DNA from: a virus
Taxonomy: Duplodnaviria; Caudoviricetes
Length of the DNA: 64,000 nt
IMG/VR virus record: IMGVR_UViG_3300048591_000242
Span: 128,001-192,000 of that record
Reading direction: 5' to 3' (one strand)
In this document: positions 11,546 to 20,655 of the stretch, one piece after another
How the letters are laid out: every line of letters begins with the position of its first letter
Numbering within the stretch: position 1 is the first letter of the stretch
Notes under the pieces: generated by a model
The model's database searches: none
What the model was told of the DNA's origin: nothing
The model's input: the letters and a program-made list of their open reading frames with translations, nothing else
Made by a program: the position numbers and the translations under genes

Positions 11546-11662
11546 ATGTATAAGAAAATAATAGAACCTGTATTTTTGTTTACAATCATGCTAATGCTAG
11601 GTATGGAGTTACCCGCTAAGGAGCTTATCGAAACAAAACCTGAAATAAGGGTTGTAAAATAA
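11546..11662 (+). CDS. 38-aa small hydrophobic peptide (not in ORF track)
   Basis: AGGAG RBS; MYKKIIEPVFLFTIMLMLGMELPAKELIETKPEIRVVK. Confidence 0.5.
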   Translation: MYKKIIEPVFLFTIMLMLGMELPAKELIETKPEIRVVK

Positions 11663-11693
11663 GTAATTTTTTACACGCCTAACTATCATATAC

Positions 11694-11755
11694 GTTACAT
11701 ACACCAGTGCCTTCGGGTACTGGGTACCAAGCGCCGTCCGCTGGTTGTATGTAAC
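11694..11755 (+). ncRNA. compact three-way-junction RNA element upstream of chmA
   Basis: 10-bp gttacataca/tgtatgtaac enclosing ccagtgcc-UUCG-ggtactgg and acca(a)gcg/cgctggt. Confidence 0.5.
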
Positions 11756-11946
11756 ACAGTTGTATTTTAATACACCTTGTACTCATGTTGTGCGATAGAA
11801 AGACAATGGTCTTCTATTCCAATCTTGATGTATATTCTAACCACAGTAACTTTCAGGTTTGTTTTAGGTATATATCACTAACCTGGTGTTCTAGAACTCA
11901 CCAAGAAATAAATAAAACCATAAACCCAATGTTGGAGTAATAAAAA

Positions 11947-13860
11947 ATGGCTATTAAGAAAACAGGTGGAGAATCCGCAGAAGTGTCACAAGACAATGCT
12001 GGACCACAACAAGGATACACGTACCAACCACAATCTACAGGTGACGACCTGTTCTCTGGTATTGGTGTAGAGACTCTTTCTGGAGGCGTAGATACTGAAG
12101 GCTTCGCTGCGTTCAGTGCTGAGATGGAAAGACTATCTAAGTTACCTGAAGTACTCAGAACTATTAAGTTGAGTGTTATTCCGGTATCAAACCAACACCT
12201 TAGACTGCCGGTATTGGCCATGGCGGCTGAGTCTAAAGACGGGGTTGTGGTTTACAGCCTTCTTATTGAAGGCATGATGGGTCAGCCTTTGGAGCCTATT
12301 CGTGAAATCCGTCGTGATTTCGGTGGCCCACAGGGAGCTGAGATTATTATTGATCGTCCTACTAGTCGTTGCTATGACAACGGTTTGCGTAAGATCGTAG
12401 CGGCTGCGGTAGCTACGCAGTTAAATACCAGTGCTGAGCGTATCGTTCACCAGTCACATTGTGTTGTGCCACGTGGCGCTAACCTTAAGTGTGCTGAAAC
12501 CTGTCGCTCGTTCTTTGACAGCGCTAACCTAGCTCTGACAAACGCTGTAGCGCGCGATCGTATTGCCGGTGTTACCGTAGCTAACCTTACCAACCCAGCG
12601 GGTGTGGTAAATCAGCGTACTACTATTACACCTGGACAAAACAAGTTGAACAAAATCGGTTTGCCTATTGCGGCTGACTTTACAACCACTATTGAACTTG
12701 CTCGTAAGGCGCAAGAAAAGACCAGTTGGTCATCAGATATTCACGTTGCACAACAGCGTTACCATTTGGCAGAAGTAAGCGGTTACATTGATTTCTCAGT
12801 AGCTGGCCCAATTCCACCAAAACCAAACATGAATCCAATGCTGCCACAAACTGTACCTGGTTACATTCCTATGGTTGTAATTACAGAAATCGCTGGTTTG
12901 GCAAACAACGGTTCCTCTATTGAAGACATGCGCACGCAGTTACTGGGTATTGCTGCTACTACAGCGCTTACTGCAGATCACGGCTGGGTACGTGTATTTG
13001 AAAAGATGGCCGGTGCCAAATCCGTCAAGGCAGATATCGGTTTATTAGGTTTGGAACACGATCCGTATATCGGTCGTACACCAGAACTAGGTATGGTTAG
13101 CGTAGACAGCATTAGCTACGGTAAGCAGCCAAAAGAAGGCACAATGACTCCGAAGCAAGTAGCGGATTTGTGGTGTACTGATAAAGTAGCAGTAGCGCTG
13201 GATGTTGAACAGGGTGGCCGTTTGCACTGGATTCAGGATATCTTTGTAGCGGCCTCTGGTGTAGGTGATGAAACTGGTCGCCGTACCGCAGCTAACGAAC
13301 GTATCATTGCTGAGTGTGATGTTCTTACTAACGGTATTTTCTCACGTCTATGGACTGAGTTAAACGGTGGTCAGAAAGCACACGTGGTAGCTACTGAAAC
13401 TGTAGCAGTACATTTGGGTACGTATGATGGCGGTAAGAATGGCGGTCGCCGTGATCTTCGTTCTATCGACTATCTGACAATGCTAGGTCAAATGCCGAAA
13501 GATCTGGAAAAGCTAAGTGCAGCTACTGCCGCTACCATTCCTGGTGGCTGTAATGCTATTACACTTACTGATCGCAGAAACGCTATTGAAAACATTGTGG
13601 GCGATTGTGAATTCACCGGTATGGCTACACGCGTCTTCTTAACTGGTGGTTTCATCAATACTTTCGTACGTGCACTTATCCAGGCAGGTGTTACTTTCCG
13701 TTCTGACGATTTGTTAGGTTACGGTCAGTCTAGCCAGCGTGTGGTAATGAACTACAACTTGGCCGGTACTGCTTCTGAAGGTTTATATCAGACAGCATAT
13801 CAGCAGGGTTCAGTACCAGGCATCCCAGGCGGTGCTGGGTATATTAACCCATTGTTCTAG
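11947..13860 (+). CDS. chmA: chimallin, phage nuclear shell protein (phiKZ gp54-like)
   Basis: 637 aa; immediately upstream of the nvRNAP beta-prime gene; high-expression codon bias (GGT, CGT, ACT); flexible N- and C-terminal segments. Confidence 0.8.
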   Translation: MAIKKTGGESAEVSQDNAGPQQGYTYQPQSTGDDLFSGIGVETLSGGVDTEGFAAFSAEMERLSKLPEVLRTIKLSVIPVSNQHLRLPVLAMAAESKDGVVVYSLLIEGMMGQPLEPIREIRRDFGGPQGAEIIIDRPTSRCYDNGLRKIVAAAVATQLNTSAERIVHQSHCVVPRGANLKCAETCRSFFDSANLALTNAVARDRIAGVTVANLTNPAGVVNQRTTITPGQNKLNKIGLPIAADFTTTIELARKAQEKTSWSSDIHVAQQRYHLAEVSGYIDFSVAGPIPPKPNMNPMLPQTVPGYIPMVVITEIAGLANNGSSIEDMRTQLLGIAATTALTADHGWVRVFEKMAGAKSVKADIGLLGLEHDPYIGRTPELGMVSVDSISYGKQPKEGTMTPKQVADLWCTDKVAVALDVEQGGRLHWIQDIFVAASGVGDETGRRTAANERIIAECDVLTNGIFSRLWTELNGGQKAHVVATETVAVHLGTYDGGKNGGRRDLRSIDYLTMLGQMPKDLEKLSAATAATIPGGCNAITLTDRRNAIENIVGDCEFTGMATRVFLTGGFINTFVRALIQAGVTFRSDDLLGYGQSSQRVVMNYNLAGTASEGLYQTAYQQGSVPGIPGGAGYINPLF

Positions 13861-13871
13861 TAGTTAAACTC

Positions 13872-13899
13872 CAGGGTACTCCTTAATTGGGGTACCCTG
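13872..13899 (+). terminator. stem-loop after chmA
   Basis: cagggtactcc-ttaatt-ggggtaccctg. Confidence 0.7.
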
Positions 13900-13934
13900 A
13901 CTTATTACACTAAAAATTTTACTAGGAAATAAGA

Positions 13935-15161
13935 ATGAGTAAAAACATCCGCGTACTGGATCACGATGAACATTTTAGAAGTTTAAATTTTCCACCGATT
14001 ATTCTAAACGATATACCGGCCAGAACTAAGGAGGAGAGAGAAGCACTAAATAACATCATAATGACCACGTACGACAACACAGATACTTTAGAGTCAGTAC
14101 CTAGCTGTGCGTGTGGGGCTCTGTCGTATGGGCATAACTTAGGGGCCATGTGTAGTAGCTGTGGTACCAGAGTAGAAACCCCTACAGACAGAAAAATAGA
14201 GGCTACCGTATGGATACGTTCTCCAGAAGGTATAGTTTCTTTAGTAAACCCAGTATTGTGGTTGGTGTTAGGGAAGATCTTAACAAAATCACACTACAAC
14301 GTTCTGTATTGGTTTTGTAACCCATATGCTGAAGATCCCCCACATAACAACAAGGCTGCTATTCAGTTAATACGCAGATTTTTAAACTCTGGCATACCTC
14401 GAGGATTAAATTCCTTTATAGTGAACTTCGATCAGTTAGTACCTATCTTTCTGGCCGCAGTACCACTAGCTTCTAACCGACCACATCTGGAATCTTTTAT
14501 TTCAGAAAATAAAGACAAGTTCTTTCCACAGCACCTACCAGTACCGTCTAAGGTAGCGTTTGTTCTGGAGAAAACTAGTACTGGCTCTTATGCCGATATT
14601 AACATAAGAGACCCTATTAACGCATGTCTTACTGTAACTTCACTGGACTCTGGTACCTTAAGTAACGTTAAGAGACTAGAAAGCAGAATGTCTTCTGTTA
14701 TCAATGATTTATCGAACTATTACAAACATATGTTTGGTGATCCGTTCTCAGCTAAGGCCGGTCTTCTTAGAAAGACTGTATTTGGCAGTAGGATGGGTTA
14801 TAGTTTTCGATGCGTTATAACCAGTGCTCACGGGGTACACGACTATGAGCAAATAAAGATACCTTATTCTCAAGCGGTAACTCTACTTAAGGCACACCTT
14901 CTAAACAAGCTACACAAGTTGGAGTATAACGAGAGAGATGCTAAGGCTTATATAGCCCAGCATACCAAGGAGAGAGATCCTCTGCTTCTTAGGCTCTTAT
15001 ATGAGCTTATAGCAGAAGCACCAGGGGGTAAAGGTATACGTTGTCTCTGGATTCGGTACCCTACTTTAACGAGGGGCAGTATACAGTCGCTTCATATCTC
15101 GGATATCTCCGAGATGTCAGCTAGTCTTAGTATATTGGCCCTAAACGGCGCTACGGCTGAT
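13935..15161 (+). CDS. non-virion RNA polymerase beta-prime N-terminal subunit, exon 1 (phiKZ gp55-like)
   Basis: Zinc finger CACG...CSSCGT; LLRKTVFGSR..SFRCVIT; RYPTL; ends SILALNGATAD before the intron. Confidence 0.88.
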
Positions 15162-16673
15162 GAAGCGGCTTAACTAACGATACTTGAACAATTGTGTTTG
15201 CTAATGTACATTAATGCTCTATGTGTTCTTTAAATTAAATAAATATCATGGTGAGGATAAATGTATGTTAGTTGAAATTAAAGGTTTTCCTGGGTTCTAT
15301 AGGGCTGTTGGTACAACAAACCTGGCCGTAAATAAAAATGGAATCATTCTAGATTTAGTTACCCGTAAATACAAACTCACCGACGTTGCATCGGATGGGT
15401 ACATCACCACAAATGATGGCGGAGTAACTAGGAACGTTCATCGCATTATGGGTGATACATTCCTAAAACGTCCTAGCGGGAAGGGGACGTACATAATCAA
15501 CCATAAGGACGGAGATAAAACTAATCCTAGGTTAGATAATTTAGAATGGGTTACATATAGCGGTAACATAGAACATGCCTACGCTAATGGTCTAAGAACA
15601 GACAACACTCCGGTTGAAGTTTATAACTTGAAAACGGATGAAATTATAAAATTTATTAGTATACAGCAGTGTGCTAAGTATTTTAAACGTAACCATAACG
15701 CTATAGTTAAGTATCTTAAAAGCAAGCGTAATGCACCGTTTATGTTGTCGTACAGCATTAGAAAGGTAGGGGAAGGTTGGCCACCTCTTACCAAGAATGA
15801 TATTGGTAAAGTGGTAAATGGGGCACCCGTTAGCATAATAGCGGTTAATGTAAGTACCGGTGAAAAAATAATTTTCAGTGGTGCTAAAGCGGCGTCAGAA
15901 TATCTGGGTCTAAAGAAATCTGGAATAGGTGGTAACTTACGTGGCACACATGGCGATAAGCCGTACCACGGTTATAGATTTTACCATCTTAACACCTATA
16001 ATCTTGAGTCTACAGATAACGCAATTGATGTGCGTGATCCTCAATCAACTAAATCTAAAGGAAAACCACCTAGACAAAAGCCCAAAATGGTTAGTGCATT
16101 TAATCATGATACCGGTATTGAGGATGTGTTTAACTCCATGCGCGTATTTGCTGAGTCTGTAGGGACAACCTATGATGCAATAGCTAGATCGGTATGGAAA
16201 AACGCTGGTAGGTGGAAAAACTACACAATCAAGTATATAGGTTAAGCCGATAGTCCTCTAGGCTAGTAATGGTCTAGTAGTTTCTCTCTAATTGCTGGAA
16301 CCCACTAAAGATTCACCCACTACAACGTAACTGGAAACGGTAAGCGTGAAGGTATCGAAAGATAGAAAAAAGTGGTGAGTATGGAATATGACGATAGTAA
16401 GTCTAAGTTCTATAGACAATGTGGGAATCAGCAGCGAAGTTCCTAAGCTACTCTACCTTGGTAGAGGTGTATGGAATGTGCTCAACGATCAACCGGTAGC
16501 TCGGTGTAGGGTGGCAAGCGATGTAACAATCAGGCCATTCGAAATGGGAGGGGGCCTTTCATGTTTGTGTGAAAGGTTCATGATATGATCTAATATCCAT
16601 CTGTAATGGATGGGAAGTTCGCTACTTCGGTAGTGAGAACTGTATGGGTGTCGCGGCCCATATGAATGCAATG
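15162..16673 (+). mobile_element. group I intron (IA2-like) in the RNAP catalytic DxDGD motif
   Basis: P/Q elements aattgctggaa (16290) and aatcagcag (16426); P7 gctcaacgatca (16480) pairing with gatatgatct (16582); exon ends in U and intron ends in AAUG; splicing restores TADYDGD. Confidence 0.88.
15265..16245 (+). CDS. intron-encoded HNH homing endonuclease (I-HmuI-like) with NUMOD1-type C-terminal repeats
   Basis: VHRIMGDTF...INHKDGDKTNPRLDNLEWVTYSGNIEHA; three F.S...A...L repeats; GAGG RBS before ATG 15265. Confidence 0.92.
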   Translation: MLVEIKGFPGFYRAVGTTNLAVNKNGIILDLVTRKYKLTDVASDGYITTNDGGVTRNVHRIMGDTFLKRPSGKGTYIINHKDGDKTNPRLDNLEWVTYSGNIEHAYANGLRTDNTPVEVYNLKTDEIIKFISIQQCAKYFKRNHNAIVKYLKSKRNAPFMLSYSIRKVGEGWPPLTKNDIGKVVNGAPVSIIAVNVSTGEKIIFSGAKAASEYLGLKKSGIGGNLRGTHGDKPYHGYRFYHLNTYNLESTDNAIDVRDPQSTKSKGKPPRQKPKMVSAFNHDTGIEDVFNSMRVFAESVGTTYDAIARSVWKNAGRWKNYTIKYIG

Positions 16674-16883
16674 TACGATGGTGATGTTCTCAGTGGCTGT
16701 ATAGCCCTTAGTAGGAAGCAATATGATGACTTTGAGTACTTCAGACCACACTACGGTATTCATTCCTTTGTTAAGTTAGGTGAGCTAAATGGAAACTGCA
16801 GTTTACCAGAAACCGACATCGGTGTGATTAACTCGTGGTTTGAGTATGAAGAAGATGAGTTAGGTATTGTAGCTGAACGATAG
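16674..16883 (+). CDS. nvRNAP beta-prime N-terminal subunit, exon 2
   Basis: Begins YDGDVLSG, completing the catalytic motif; spliced product about 478 aa. Confidence 0.85.
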   Translation, partial: YDGDVLSGCIALSRKQYDDFEYFRPHYGIHSFVKLGELNGNCSLPETDIGVINSWFEYEEDELGIVAER

Positions 16884-16902
16884 TTGTAGACAGGGGGAGC
16901 CA

Positions 16903-17340
16903 ATGGCTCCCCTTTTATTTTTGTGCTGTTTGGAGGAAAGGTTTATGGTTATTCAAAATGTGCCAGTAGGTTGGGTATTGGTAGCGGAAGGTAGTGAGGT
17001 ACCGACGGTACATAGGGAAGGACATGTACAGGATGATGGTAGTGTGGTGTGGGCAGATATTCAATATGAGCACACCGATGCTACGCCTGAATGGGTAGGT
17101 CAACAGGAGGGCGTATATATACTTACAACACTAGGGCATTTATTTAACATATATGTTAATAAAGGCGGCTATCGAATATTTCCAGACGGTACCGTGTTTA
17201 TAACCAAACATAATAGGCCGTCTGGGGACATGTATCGTAGTTTTAGACGAGACAAGGTTGGCAGTTTAATATGTAAAGAAACTGGGGATTACTTATTTAA
17301 GTATGAGGAACACAAACCATGCAGTTATGTGGAGTTTTAG
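16903..17340 (+). CDS. hypothetical protein (start possibly ATG 16945)
   Basis: ORF with phage-like codon usage. Confidence 0.65.
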   Translation: MAPLLFLCCLEERFMVIQNVPVGWVLVAEGSEVPTVHREGHVQDDGSVVWADIQYEHTDATPEWVGQQEGVYILTTLGHLFNIYVNKGGYRIFPDGTVFITKHNRPSGDMYRSFRRDKVGSLICKETGDYLFKYEEHKPCSYVEF

Positions 17341-17798
17341 TAGTAGATATCGCTAATGGCTTTTGTTATATATTTGAGTCTAGCGAATCTGCTTCAAGAT
17401 ACCTTATAGGGGAGAACATATTACATATAGAACCCAGTACGGTGGAAAATCTAATACGGGGTACAAATGGTAATCTGTATAAGGGACTCTTCTTTATACT
17501 AATAAACGATTATGCATATAGTCTATCCATAGCTAGAAACGTACACATGCATGCTAGGACTATGCGTATAGAAGCTATGGATACTAACTCTGGTATTATA
17601 ACTGAATATGTAAACTCCATTATGTTTGCTATGGTTACTAGAGTAAATTTATCTAGTTTGAAGCTTTTGTTTACAGGGCATGAGAAACTGGTATATGTAG
17701 GGAGTTGGGTAGTGCGTTTAAAGGATACACCAGTAGACTGGCCTACGGAGGAGGAGATTAATGATTATTTTAATTACATAACCGGCAAGGTATTGTAA
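17319..17798 (+). CDS. NUMOD1-like tandem DNA-binding protein without a nuclease domain
   Basis: YIFESSESASRYL and the IEAMDTNSGIITEY...WVVRLKDTPVDWP segment parallel the C-terminal repeats of the intron HNH protein. Confidence 0.5.
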   Translation: MQLCGVLVVDIANGFCYIFESSESASRYLIGENILHIEPSTVENLIRGTNGNLYKGLFFILINDYAYSLSIARNVHMHARTMRIEAMDTNSGIITEYVNSIMFAMVTRVNLSSLKLLFTGHEKLVYVGSWVVRLKDTPVDWPTEEEINDYFNYITGKVL

Positions 17799-17868
17799 TA
17801 TAACTGCGCATGGGTATATGTTGGAGTACTTTCTGTGCCCTATATAAGGCTCAGCACAATACCAGATA

Positions 17869-17895
17869 TATATTACGGTATAGACACACAACCAC
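17869..17895 (+). promoter_or_regulatory. TATATTAC-N12-CAACCAC element
   Basis: Exact bipartite match, one of four. Confidence 0.7.
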
Positions 17896-17931
17896 AAAAA
17901 GCATGGGAAAAGCCCATGGGAGGATAATAAG

Positions 17932-18549
17932 ATAGCTACCTTTTATGGGTCACCAGAAGAAGCGGCTGCCGCACTATACAGTGGTCCCAGTAACGCAGCC
18001 ATGCAGTACGTAAATCAAACTGTAGATAGATTTGTAGGCTACGCGCAGGCTATGCCCGGTAGTATAGCTAACGTAGTACGGCAGAAACACCAGGAGCTTT
18101 TGTCCAGTAGCACTAGTCGTAAAGTAGAGGCTATACGTCACAAAATAAACAACATGTGGCAGGATAATACTGTACGGGTAATGTGGAGTGTAGGGGCAGC
18201 TCAACAGGCACCAGACGCTATGGTACGTTGGATGATGGCTAATCCTAGAATACGTTCCTTGTATCATGACGGTAGGGTAGAAGGCTATGGCGATAGGTAC
18301 AATGATATTCAGCCTAACTGTGTAGGGGAAGAACAGTATGATTATCGCAGGGTAATGGACGGGATGATTGTTAATACTGAAACAGGAAGCCATTATACTA
18401 CCTATCACGAAGAAATAATACCGGATGACGTTGTATTAAATACTTTAGAGAAAATGAGTATTAGATTATCCTGGGACATCGTTAATAAGGAAATAGAAGA
18501 TGGGAATATGGATGATCCGACGTCAGAATGGAACGCACTGATTGGTTAG
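17932..18549 (+). CDS. conserved core protein (phiKZ gp59-like position), probable ATA start
   Basis: Open frame extends upstream of ATG 18001; GGAGG at 17919-17923 lies 8 nt before ATA 17932. Confidence 0.65.
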   Translation: MATFYGSPEEAAAALYSGPSNAAMQYVNQTVDRFVGYAQAMPGSIANVVRQKHQELLSSSTSRKVEAIRHKINNMWQDNTVRVMWSVGAAQQAPDAMVRWMMANPRIRSLYHDGRVEGYGDRYNDIQPNCVGEEQYDYRRVMDGMIVNTETGSHYTTYHEEIIPDDVVLNTLEKMSIRLSWDIVNKEIEDGNMDDPTSEWNALIG

Positions 18550-18618
18550 TAAATTCAAAATAACAAAAGGGCAAAATTTTGCCCTTTATTTTTTATCAAA
18601 AATACAAGGAGAACAGTC

Positions 18619-19023
18619 GTGTCTAAGACGTTACCTATGTTAGGTGGAGAGGGTTGGCTGACTGATCCTGAACTCATTATGAGTAGAATATACATGCATG
18701 TATTTCTAACGGATCACTCACAGAGTAATATTTACCAGGGCAACATTATCAGCATCCAGTATATTCTATCAAACTCCGGTGATGATCCGGTGGATATTTC
18801 CTCAAACATACAAGCTGGACTGAAGGCTATTTACTCCAAGTACTATGAAAACGTAGACGTAAGTTTTGAACAGTTACCTTCAGATTCATACGGTTTATCT
18901 GAAGCTATAATGGTATTCGGGCTGTCTGTAAAGGGCGAGTTAGATGGGGTTATCTATACGCTGGATAAGGTTTTACAGACAGATAAATCTAGTAGTGTTA
19001 GAAAATTTAAAGAATTAGGATAA
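18619..19023 (+). CDS. conserved core hypothetical protein
   Basis: GTG start after GGAG; LP.LG..GW and SQS..Y.G.I.S motifs typical of phiKZ-like core genes (recall). Confidence 0.7.
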   Translation: MSKTLPMLGGEGWLTDPELIMSRIYMHVFLTDHSQSNIYQGNIISIQYILSNSGDDPVDISSNIQAGLKAIYSKYYENVDVSFEQLPSDSYGLSEAIMVFGLSVKGELDGVIYTLDKVLQTDKSSSVRKFKELG

Positions 19024-19032
19024 GGTGAATTT

Positions 19033-19500
19033 ATGTCAATGGAAAGCCTAAAGGCGCAACTTGGTAATCTACCGAAGATTTCTCAATCTGAATTTAGAAA
19101 ATTCTTACCGATTCTAATAGATCCTAAGGCAGATATAACCCTTAAGAGAAAGTGGTTAGATATCTGCATAGATCCAAGATTATCAGTTATCGTGGTAGAC
19201 GATAGTACTGGGGAAGAAGTACATAGGGTACCGCCACTTATTTATACCACTCAGGAGCTTACTGGTAGAAACATATCTGGTACATTAGATGTCATTGGTA
19301 GAATGGCTGATGCTAATCCTTTATTGGGTAGAAAGTATGCCAGAGAAAACCTTACTCCTGAGGTGGTTATTGGTAAGCCACCTGAAGAAGATGTTCAGCT
19401 ATGGAGAGAAATATTAGTCAGGTATGATATCACTAAAGAGGAGGATGCTGAGGCCTCTAATGTAGTAGCTGGTTTATCGGATGACCCAGGTGCCTGGTAA
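19033..19500 (+). CDS. conserved core hypothetical protein
   Basis: V.VVDD.TGE.V..VPPL; acidic tail ending in W; synteny. Confidence 0.7.
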   Translation: MSMESLKAQLGNLPKISQSEFRKFLPILIDPKADITLKRKWLDICIDPRLSVIVVDDSTGEEVHRVPPLIYTTQELTGRNISGTLDVIGRMADANPLLGRKYARENLTPEVVIGKPPEEDVQLWREILVRYDITKEEDAEASNVVAGLSDDPGAW

Positions 19501-19518
19501 CTTAACGGAGTAACTGCT

Positions 19519-20655
19519 GTGGGTATTAAACAGAAACCGTATGTTTTAAATCTAGCCTTTATCTCAGATATACATCTAGGTAATCCTAGAGTACCTACGC
19601 ATGACATTATATCTAGGCTAGAAAAGGCATTTCCCTCTAATGCAAAAACAGGGGAATTAGATATACTTTTTATAGGGGGAGATTTATTTGATCAAATATT
19701 GAATCTTCCTGAGAATCAAGTAACTGAGATTCACCTATGGATGTATAGGCTTCTAGGCATATGTAAAAAATGGGATATAAAGCTTAGAGTACTGGAAGGT
19801 ACGCCATCTCACGATAGAGGACAAAGTGCGTTATTTGATACAGTAAACACCGTTAGTAAAATAGGTGCTGACTGCAAGTATATAGACAGACTATCCATAG
19901 AGCACATGGACGATCTGGATTTGGATATTCTCTATATACCAGATGAATGGCGACATGATCCGGATGATACCTGGAGCGATGTACAGGAGGCACTGAATAA
20001 AGCAGGCATTGATAAAGTAGATTATTCCATAATGCACGGGGTATTTGAACATCAGCTCCCTGCCCATCTTAGAATACCCACACACATCGGTTCTAGGTAT
20101 TTAGGCATTACAAGGAAGTATATCTCCATAGGCCATCATCACACCATGGTGGTGAGGGATAGGATCATAGCACAAGGCTCTTTCGATAGGCTAAGGCATG
20201 GGGAAGAAGAGGCTAAAGGTTTCTTTAAAGTAACCTCTAGGGATAGAGTAAAGTGCGATAATGATACTTTGCTATTTGTAGAGAATAAGGAAGCAGCTAC
20301 CTTTAAAACCATTAACTTAGTGGGTATGGACGAGGACACTATAAAAAACAGGCTGAATGAAGTTTGCTTATATAGGCAGGGTTCGCACATTCGTGTAGTT
20401 ATAGATAAATTCTCACCTAGTATGGGTCTGGTACAAAGCTATATTAAAGCTAAAGTGGAATTTAAGTGGTCTACTGTAGCAGAAGGAGAGACAGGTAGCA
20501 AGGAGATAAAACCAGTGGAATTTGATAAAACCAAAATAGCTGTAGATATAGGTAAAAGAGATATCACGCAAGTACTAGAGACTCGTCTACGTACTAAGGG
20601 GCACTCTGATAAATTTATATCTAAGGCACTGTCTTTGTTGGAGGCTATTAAATGA
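19519..20655 (+). CDS. sbcD: SbcD/Mre11-like metallophosphoesterase nuclease
   Basis: SDIHLG, GGDLFD, GTPSHD, MHG and GHHH motifs. Confidence 0.9.
   Translation: MGIKQKPYVLNLAFISDIHLGNPRVPTHDIISRLEKAFPSNAKTGELDILFIGGDLFDQILNLPENQVTEIHLWMYRLLGICKKWDIKLRVLEGTPSHDRGQSALFDTVNTVSKIGADCKYIDRLSIEHMDDLDLDILYIPDEWRHDPDDTWSDVQEALNKAGIDKVDYSIMHGVFEHQLPAHLRIPTHIGSRYLGITRKYISIGHHHTMVVRDRIIAQGSFDRLRHGEEEAKGFFKVTSRDRVKCDNDTLLFVENKEAATFKTINLVGMDEDTIKNRLNEVCLYRQGSHIRVVIDKFSPSMGLVQSYIKAKVEFKWSTVAEGETGSKEIKPVEFDKTKIAVDIGKRDITQVLETRLRTKGHSDKFISKALSLLEAIK

Noticed and set aside
16388-16671. ORFs inside the intron core, and ATG 16644 as an independent gene start
   Set aside because: They overlap conserved intron P4-P9 structure; 16674-16883 is exon 2.
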